DNA of 63,087 nucleotides, filler included, from Reclinomonas americana ATCC 50394 (Eukaryota), in NCBI GenBank assembly GCA_048213135.1. It is 10 parts of 10 records of this genome, joined end to end, with 100 filler letters (N's around TTAATTAATTAA, not from the genome) between each part and the next. Parts side by side here need not be neighbours in the genome. Positions count along the whole stretch, not along the records: positions 52,371 to 56,274 come from AFZH01021872.1; positions 56,375 to 58,521 come from AFZH01021873.1; positions 58,622 to 60,969 come from AFZH01021874.1; positions 61,070 to 63,087 come from AFZH01021876.1; 6 more parts are not named here. One strand, given 5' to 3'. Below the pieces are notes generated by a model. That model was not told where the DNA came from. It saw only the letters and a list, made by a program, of their open reading frames with translations, and ran no database searches. Numbering within the stretch: position 1 is the stretch's first letter; each line of letters begins with the position of its first letter. The position numbers and the translations under genes were made by a program. Below are positions 54,979 to 63,087 of the stretch, one piece after another.

Positions 54979-55452
54979 ATGAACTTCGACGAAGGACAAC
55001 CACCATCCGTCCGATAGCGCTGCTCATCAAACAACCGATTGGCACCACTCTTTACACGCGAGAAAGGAGGCGTCGTCGACGAGGCGAACTGCGTCGATCA
55101 GCGAATCAAGCGAGCACGCGTGACCAAGAGAGAGACACGCAGAGAGAAAGAGAGAGAGATCGCGTGGCCATGCCTGCCATGCCCGTCGTCGCGACACGGT
55201 TTGCCTTCACTCACACGCACACTCACGCATGTACATGAGGGCACACACGCACGCACGTACATTCTCTCTCCGTTTCGCTCGCTTGCTTTCGTCACGCGCG
55301 CGTACGTGCTGGACTTGTTTTATCGATATCCTGTGTGTGTTGGCTGCGGTGGTCGCTCAAGCACACATCGCGCGCGCGTGTGTGTGTACGTGTCGCACTC
55401 TTGCAGGAGAGTGTGTGTATAAGAGAGTGAGAGAGAGACGCGTGATGGTTTC

Positions 55453-56180
55453 ATGTTTTCGCGCGAGCTGCTGCCTTGCCCGCTGGCGCTGATTTCGTTT
55501 GTTCGTCGCAGGCTGTTGTCGGCACCGGCAGGCTCTTCACCAGCACCGCGTTGTGATGGAAGAAGTCGTCGTCGACATGGTGTAAGAGCACGGCCGTGGA
55601 GTGGTGTGTTGGTGGCCTTGTTGGTGGTGGCCGCGGTGAGTGTGTGCAGCGCGGTGATTGGCGTTCACGGCGTGGCGTCGCCGTTCCCGTGTAGGCGAGC
55701 GGAGATGGACATTGTGGTGCTGGCGGATGGCTCTGGCAGCATGCGCGATGGAGTTGGCTTTGCCAACATGCAACAGTTCATCATTGTGCGTATATCTCAC
55801 TCCTCTCTCGCTCTCTCTCTCTCTTTCTTCGTGCACACGCTGATGGCGGCGTTTCTGCGACTGTGCTGTGCGACAGAATCTGGCGGGGCAGCTCAACTTT
55901 CAGAAGCAGAGACTGTCGGTCATTCAATGTTGCGTGCGAGTGATTTGAGAGCGCGAATCTGGCTAGTCGTGTGTTCATGGTCTTGCGCAGTCAGCGGCGG
56001 AGGTGGCACCGATACGCAGACCGCCATCGATCTCTCTGTGGGGACATCACTGGCATCTGTGACGACAGCTGTCAATGCCATGACGCCGCTGGGACGCGCT
56101 TCGTTGCGTTGTGTGTGCACGCTTACAATCTATCCCCCCGCACGCAATTCATCTCTGTCGCCTGCGCAGGTACACTGACG
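55453..56180 (+). CDS. Secreted/membrane von Willebrand factor A domain protein, 3'-partial (start uncertain)
   Basis: Hydrophobic signal-like segment then MDIVVLADGSGSM (MIDAS DxSxS). Confidence 0.7.
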
Positions 56181-56386
56181 TTGCACTGCAAGCGGCACAA
56201 GTTGCGTCCTGCGGTGGTGTTGGGCGGAGGTGGTGGTGGTGGTGGTGGTGTGTCGATGTCTCGCTGACACGTCGNNNNNNNNNNNNNNNNNNNNNNNNNN
56301 NNNNNNNNNNNNNNNNNNTTAATTAATTAANNNNNNNNNNNNNNNNNNNNNNNNNNNNNNNNNNNNNNNNNNNNTCTCTCCTCCTC

Positions 56387-56440
<54 letters not shown>

Positions 56441-56779
56441 CTCCCTCTTTCATGCGTGTATGCACTTTCAGCTGCTGCTGCTATTGCTCTCTGCTTTCGT
56501 TCTTTTCTCTCGTATTCTCTGTCTATCTTCTTTCTTCAACTCTTCACTCGCGTGGATGCTTTTCCATCTGTTCCTCCAGCGTGTTCTTATCTCTCCCTCT
56601 CTCTCTGTGCACTCTTATTCATGCGTGTATGCACTTGCATATCTCCCATATTCTCCATTCTCCATTCTTCCCTCCCTTCTCCCCCCTTTCCCCTTTCTTT
56701 CCCTTCTCCCCCCTTTCCCCTTTCTTTCCCTCCCTTCTCCCCATTCCCTCACTCCCTTTCCCTTCTACTCCCTCTGCAG

Positions 56780-58521
56780 CCCGCTCCCCTGTCAACGGCG
56801 AACCCATTCGCGACGCCGGCGGCATTGAGAACCTCGTGCACCTGCTCAGCAGCGACTCCCCGCAAGTACAGGAGCACGCTGCGGGTGCACTGCGCGCACT
56901 CGCCCACGGCAACCGTCGCAACAAGGACGCCGTGTGCTCCGCCGCACTGCCGGCACTGTGCCACCTGCTGAGCACCTCGGACAACGATGCTGTGCTGACA
57001 CAAGTGGCCGGCGCATTGCGCAATCTGGCCTCGGATCCGTCTCACGACGAGGTTTTTTGGCTTGCGTTTTCCTCCCCTCTCATTTATTTCCCTGCTGACT
57101 CGGAATCAAACACACAGCAAATCACCTCATCTGGCGCCCTTCCGCACCTGTGCAACCTGCTGCGCAGTGAGAACCCTCGTCTCCTGCAGCAAGTGGCCGG
57201 CTGCATTCGCAACTTGGTGCAAGGCAACGCCGCCAACAAGGACGCCGTGCGCGAATTCGGCGCAGTCCCGCTGCTGGTCAATCTGCTGTCGTCGCCGCAC
57301 CTCAAGGTGCAGGAGCGCGCATGCGGCAGCCTGAAGAACCTCGGTTTGTCGCTCGCCCAAGCTTGTCGGCATTTTTTTCCGTCGCTCAGCTGACGCTTTC
57401 TCTCACGCAGCCGCCAACAACGCACTCAACAAGAACGCCATTCATTCGGCCGGCGCTTTGCCGGTATTGTGCAGCCTGCTGTCGGCGCAAACACCAACGG
57501 CTCTGCTGGAGAGTGTGCTCGGCACGCTGGGTGTGATTGTGCGCAAGCACTTGCCCTCGCAGCGCGATGCCTGCCGGGCGCAGATTGCGCCTCGTCTCGT
57601 GGCCGTGCTCACGTGGGCTCGCGGGGAGCTGTTGGAGAAGGTGAGCTGGCCGCCTGTTTTTATCACCCATTCTCTTGCCTCTTCGCTCTACCATCGCCCT
57701 CCACTTGTTTCTCCTTCAGTAGGCAGCCTCGTACCTCCATCATTCATTGTTTTCATTTCCCTCCCTTCTAATCTCACTTGCTTCTCCTCTCACCACCCAT
57801 TTCTCCCACTGCCCTTCTCCTTCCCCCTTTCTCCCCTCGCCTTCCCCCTTTCCCTTCTCTTCCCTTCTCTTCCCCTTTTCCTCAATCCCCCCTCCACAGG
57901 CCTCCTGGACACTGTTGACGCTGGTGGCCGACAGCGACGCCTGCCACTCCTCGGTGATTGGCGCCGGTGGCATTGAGACGCTGGTCGGCATGCTGGACAC
58001 CGCCGCCGATTCACCGACCCTGCGCAATGCCGCGTACACCCTCTTTATCCTGTCACGCACCACCCCTGCCCCCGCCCTCGACGCACGCTCCCTCGACTCG
58101 CTCCACCGCGTGTGGAAGCAGTACACGGAGGCGGCGGAGCGAGACGATCCGGTGTCGCGCTGCTGGATGGAGAATTGGGTGCCGAAGCGACTGGCCTCGT
58201 TCCTCGCCATGACGGCGCTGGAGGCTCCCCGTGGCGCCACCAATTTGGAGGCACTGCAGGCGGCCTTGGCCATTGTGCGCGAAGCACTGCGCCGAGTGGT
58301 GGCCGACGACAGTTGTGTTTTTTCTTTTCAGCTCCCATCTTTTTCACTCCGTTACTGACCCCTTCTCTGCAGAATCGTGCATGTCGCCGTCGGCTGGCTC
58401 TGCCGCCGCCGCCGCCGCTGCAGCTTCCGCGTGCTCCGCCGACTCGGCCACCGCCACCTCCACGACGACAACCACAACGACTTCTACCACGGCGACCACG
58501 GTGTCGTCGGCAGCCGCCGCC
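56780..58521 (+). CDS. Armadillo-repeat protein, partial at both ends
   Basis: Repeats GGIENLVHLL..VQEHAAGALRALA, NKDAVREFGAVPLLVNLL..ACGSLKNL. Confidence 0.88.
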
Positions 58522-58621
58522 NNNNNNNNNNNNNNNNNNNNNNNNNNNNNNNNNNNNNNNNNNNNTTAATTAATTAANNNNNNNNNNNNNNNNNNNNNNN
58601 NNNNNNNNNNNNNNNNNNNNN

Positions 58622-58985
58622 AGAGGTCGGCAATTTGAAGACCAAGTTGCGAGCCTGGGATCCCGACGAGTGCCTGCGAGAGACGGTCGACGCCAGTTGG
58701 CGGTGCCCGTTGACACACGAAATCATGGTCGACCCGGTCATCACCGCCGGTGGCTTCACGTACGAGCGCGCGGCGATTGAGACGTGGTTTGCACGAGGCC
58801 ACATGACGGACCCGATGACCAACGATCGTCTCCACAGCACCGCCCTCATTCCCAATCGTGCGCTGCGGTCCACGATTGAGCAGTGGCGTGAGGCGCGAGC
58901 GGCAGAGCGACTGGCCCAGGAGGAACGCAGGTTCGCCGAGCCACCACTGGCGCCGCGTGCCATGTTGGCCGACGAGCAGCCGTGA
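58622..58985 (+). CDS. U-box domain at a protein C-terminus (5'-partial; possibly the end of the ARM gene)
   Basis: WRCPLTHEIMVDPVITAGGFTYERAAIETWF..TDPMTN..LIPNRALRSTIEQW. Confidence 0.9.
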
Positions 58986-59146
58986 TTGAATGTGTAGTCT
59001 GTTGTGTGTATGCGCCTGTGTGTGTATCCTGTCGCCGACACCGCCCTCCACATCCTTCTCTTGTATACAAGCAGCATGCAGAGAGAAGAGTCGTGCGTCA
59101 GTGAAACCGAGTGTGGTATTCTTTTTCATCTGTTAATTCTTATTAT

Positions 59147-60519
59147 TCATTGCTGCTCACCGCCGTCATCTACTATCAACAATTGGAATTCATCACCGCC
59201 GCCACTACCATTAGCATTGCCACGATGCTCTCCAGCGGCAGCCGTTCGAATTCGCGCTGCCTTCTCCTCGTCCTCCGCCTCTGCCTCTTCCACCATGTCA
59301 ACCCACGTGTGCTCCCCCTCCTGCATTCGCTCCTGCTCCGCCCTCCACCGCGCCTGCCGCGCGACGCGAGTTGCGGCCTTCCACGGTTCGCGATGTCGCT
59401 GCGAAAAGTACCCAAACAGCGCATCACGCATCCCGTCTTGCAACCTCCACTGCACAGGCACACTCTCCGACCGCACGACGGCGCCCAACGGATTATGCAG
59501 CGACGTCAGCCCCGCCACCAGGTCCTCGCCTATCACAGGCGCGCCAGCATTGCTGGCATGCATCGCCGGATCACCAATCTGGTTCACCACCGCCTCGACC
59601 ACTTCCGTGGACACCCCGCTTTCGGTGGCATTGGCGAGGGCCGCCAAGGCCAGGAGGAGGCGTCTCTCCAGTGGCTGCCACGTCGACAAGACCTCCTCAA
59701 TGGCCGCCGGTGGCAACACGCGTGGGCCCAACAGGATTTGTGCCGCCACACTGTGTGCAGAAAGAAGTGAGCGCGCGGCAAGTCAGACGGTTTCTTTTTT
59801 TGCAAACTCAACTTGAGTGCCGTGTTCCACTGCACCGGAAGCCGCACAGAGAAGTACGCCTCGATACTGGCCTCCGGCAACAGCCGCGCGTAGTCATTGT
59901 CTTGCAGCACGACCGCGCCGAGTGAGTCTTGCATGTAGCGCAAACGGGCGAGAACGCGCTCCTGCGACAGTTCGCCACCGTGCAGCGAGAGGGAGAGGGT
60001 GTGACTGCACAGAATCGATGTTGAGAGAACTGACGCAGCGCAGCACGAACGGGGCGACGCGCACCTGAATGGATCGGCAGTGTACGGAATCATGCGGCAA
60101 ATGTGCTGAATCGATACGGGTGCTCGAACAGTCTGCGGCGGACAACAATGCTGCGTCGGAGAGAGAAATGGAGATGTGGAACGCATGTCATGTACGAAAC
60201 CTCGCAGAGCGCCGCAATGACCAAGGCCAGTCGACGAGCCAAGCTGTCCCAGCTCAACAGAATCGCCTCCACGACGGACGGATTCACGCCAGCTGCAGGC
60301 AGGAGGGATGAGTGGGCAGCGGGCAAGCCACCCTCCACTGCTACTTCTGCTGTCGTACAAATCACGCTCACAACCTCCATGCTGTTGATGAGCGCAACGA
60401 CCTTCAACCATACACGCTCTTTCTCTCACATTCAAGAAACACATTACATTGCCTCCTCCGCCACTGTCAACGCAAGCCCGCAGAGCGTGTAACACACATT
60501 GTTCAGATAACGAGGCCAT
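59147..60519 (-). CDS. Hypothetical protein with a tandemly duplicated ~100-aa domain, spliced
   Basis: VEAILLSWDSLARRLALVIAAL..SLGAVV..YFSVRLPVQW versus IEEVLSTWQPLERRLLLALAAL..PLGAVV..YFSQRHREPW. Confidence 0.6.
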
Positions 60520-61069
60520 CGGCTACAACGGCCTTTCTTTCTTTTCGCGGCTACCACACACGCTCCTTCTCAAACTCAGAGACTCATTGTCTCTCTTTCT
60601 CCTCACTATCCACGTCTTTCTATTAACGACATTGAGGATCGAGGTCTCCCACAACGATCCGCTACAACGATCTTCTCATTCCTCGCCACTTCCATACACG
60701 TGCTATTTCTCTCAAATTCCGAAGCCTTCACTGCCAGCACCTTCCTCACACACTCTCGAACAACTGTTCAATACACACTATGTAGGAACTCACTGCCCCA
60801 ATGGAAAGATCCATGACCGTCTCTTTCTTCGTCCCTGCTTCCAATGTCCTCTGGAGAACTGCTGACTGATGCACTTACCATCTCTCCCCACAATCACTCA
60901 CGCCAACTATGCGTCACCCTCCTCCCTTTCCTCTTCTCCCCCCTTCCCCCCTTCCCCCCTCTTCCCCCTNNNNNNNNNNNNNNNNNNNNNNNNNNNNNNN
61001 NNNNNNNNNNNNNTTAATTAATTAANNNNNNNNNNNNNNNNNNNNNNNNNNNNNNNNNNNNNNNNNNNN

Positions 61070-61470
61070 GTCGGTTTGAGGGCCACACAAACTGCGTGGT
61101 CGCGCTCGCTGTCAGTGCCGACAACGAGCACGTTGTCAGCGGCAGCATGGATCACAGTGTGCGCGTGTGGTCGTTGTCGCACGGTGCTCCGCTGCAACTC
61201 TTGCAAGGGCACACTCACACCGTGTGCGCAGTGGCGGTTGCTCCCGACGGTCAGCATGTGGTGACTGCGAGCTACGATCAGACGGTGCGCGTGTGGTCCA
61301 CGCCGTGCGGCCTCGCGCGGTGGGAGCTCCGCAGTGCGCGGACGGCCGTGCAAGCTGTGCAGGAGATGCAAGAAGAAGAGGAAGAAGAAGACTCGCGGTG
61401 TCTACCAGAGTTGGTGCTGCGCTGCTTCCTGGTGGAAGAAGCCGAGGTCGTGCTGCATCAACGGAAGTGA
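61070..61470 (+). CDS. WD40-repeat protein with conserved C-terminal tail, 5'-partial
   Basis: Two GH..WS repeats then STPCGLARWELRS..DSRCLPELVLRCFLVE. Confidence 0.85.
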
Positions 61471-61524
61471 ACTTCGTCGATGTCTGTTGTCCTTTGCCCA
61501 CAATCACGCACTCTCTTGAGAGAG

Positions 61525-62613
61525 ATGGCCTCCACTCCCCTCTTCATCGGTCGGACCCTGCGCGACCACAAGCATGGCGTGTGTTGCCTTGCCATCACCC
61601 CCGATGACCGACACATTGTGTTGGGTGGCATCGACGGCATTGTGCGCGTGTGGTGCATCTCCACAGACCGACTGGTGTGGCACCTGGAGGGACACGTGGA
61701 CATGGTGCGGGCTATTGCAGTCACTCCCGACAGTCGGTATGCGCTGAGCGGAGGGTTTGACTCGACCGTGAGAGTGTGGTCACTGATGGAAGGCAAAGAG
61801 GTGCGACAACTCAAGGGCCACCGCAGCTCTGTGTCGTCAGTGGCCGTCACTCCCGACGGCCAACACGCTGTCAGTGCAGGGTCGGATCAGACAGTGCGAG
61901 TGTGGTCGTTGGAGAGTGGCGAGGAAGTGCGGCAAGTGGACACGGGTCGTCGTGATGAGAAGGTGTGGTCGATTGCTATCACTCCCGACGGGCTGCACGC
62001 GGTGTGTGGCACCGACGCCAGTGCGGTGCGTGTGCACGTGCTGGCGAGTGGCCAGAAGGTTCGACGATGGCGCGCGCACTTGGGTGATGTGTTCTCTGTG
62101 GCCGTGACGCCCGACGGCAAGCACATTGTCAGCGGACATGCCGATCGAGGAGCCATGTGCGTGTGGTCGCTGGAGACCGGCAAGCAAATACGACAACTGG
62201 ATGCACACGCTCCTGGCGTCTACTGTGTCGCCGTCACAGCGGATGGGCATCACGTGGTGAGCGGCGGCGGGGACGACGTGGTGCGAGTGTGGTCGCTGGC
62301 GAGTGGCGCCGAGGTGGCGGAACTGCAAGGCCACACTGACCTGGTGTGCTCCACTGCCGTCACCCGCGACGGCCAGCACATTGTGAGTTGCAGCGAAGAT
62401 GTCACAGTGCGCGTGTGGTCCACGCCGTGCGGCCTCGCGCGGTGGGAGCTCCGCAGTACGCGGGCGGCCATGCTGGCCGTCCGGGAGATGCAGCAACAAC
62501 AACAAGAAGGAGAAGAAGAAGACTCGCGGTGTCTGCCAGAGTTGGTGCTGCGTTGCTTCCTGGTGGAGGATGCCGAGGTCATACTGCATCGATGTGCAGA
62601 GTGGTGTTTGTGA
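61525..62613 (+). CDS. Intronless 7x WD40 protein, tandem paralogue of the upstream gene
   Basis: Seven WD40 repeats (TPDGQH..TVRVWSL) and a nearly identical C-terminal tail. Confidence 0.88.
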   Translation: MASTPLFIGRTLRDHKHGVCCLAITPDDRHIVLGGIDGIVRVWCISTDRLVWHLEGHVDMVRAIAVTPDSRYALSGGFDSTVRVWSLMEGKEVRQLKGHRSSVSSVAVTPDGQHAVSAGSDQTVRVWSLESGEEVRQVDTGRRDEKVWSIAITPDGLHAVCGTDASAVRVHVLASGQKVRRWRAHLGDVFSVAVTPDGKHIVSGHADRGAMCVWSLETGKQIRQLDAHAPGVYCVAVTADGHHVVSGGGDDVVRVWSLASGAEVAELQGHTDLVCSTAVTRDGQHIVSCSEDVTVRVWSTPCGLARWELRSTRAAMLAVREMQQQQQEGEEEDSRCLPELVLRCFLVEDAEVILHRCAEWCL

Positions 62614-62972
62614 ATTGTCGCAGTAAAGGGCTTGCAAATCGCAGTTCGCGACGGTGATTGTGTTGCTGGACTTGGTCATCAAGATAAGCTGCGTGTTGGC
62701 GATTGAATCATTGTTGTTTTAAGCTTGGAATGGTCGCGAACGTCGACATAATACCGACGAAAAAGGGAGGGGACGTGACAAGGACACCATTTGCGTTCAA
62801 AGATGTCTGCACGCGCAGAGGAGTTGCGTTTCCTCTGTAAGAGAGAGAGGAATGTCAAGTGCATCTCTCTCACAGTCTCTCTCTCTTTCTCTCTTTGTTT
62901 GCATGTGCAGCTTTGTGCGAATGATGTGGGATCATCGGTTACAGATGGGCATTCGCGCGCGACAGGTAACTC

Positions 62973-62976
<4 letters not shown>

Positions 62977-63043
<67 letters not shown>
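62977..63043. repeat. (GA)n microsatellite
   Basis: Directly visible. Confidence 0.95.
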
Positions 63044-63044
<1 letters not shown>

Positions 63045-63087
63045 GAGAGTACGACGACGACGACGACGTCGACGTAGGTACCGACGA

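Noticed and set aside
56375..56779. Hydrophobic F/P/S/L-rich 'N-terminus' of the ARM ORF
   Set aside because: Translation of a pyrimidine-rich intron ending in CTGCAG; not coding.

Overview
Eukaryotic, intron-dense (mostly ~60-110 nt GT-AG introns), gene-compact, GC-rich genomic DNA, probably from a flagellated protist (an RJL GTPase is present; the taxon cannot be determined). Ten contigs are joined by artificial 100-bp spacers (44 N + TTAATTAATTAA + 44 N). Genes: BRSK/SAD-type kinase, LRR protein, RPS8 (with an intronic C/D snoRNA), RJL, BNR/sialidase-fold secreted protein, DHRS12-like SDR, SWIM+RING protein, phosducin-like protein head-to-head with PDCD5, a ~13.7-kb Pmp-repeat membrane protein, DNA polymerase theta, RBM42, a USP, vWA, ARM and U-box proteins, and tandem WD40 genes. 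The standout is a spliced minus-strand gene (2850..>7605). Once five short introns are removed it encodes one polypeptide: a caspase/paracaspase-like protease with intact His/Cys dyad, then NACHT, pentapeptide repeats and 14 WD40 repeats, i.e. an NLR-type receptor carrying its own protease. Also seen: an 860-bp Tc1/mariner element splitting a membrane-protein exon, a cluster of related hairpins, a degenerate Pol theta O-helix, and a recurrent GTTGCG splice donor. Gene models were assembled by eye and need RNA-seq confirmation.
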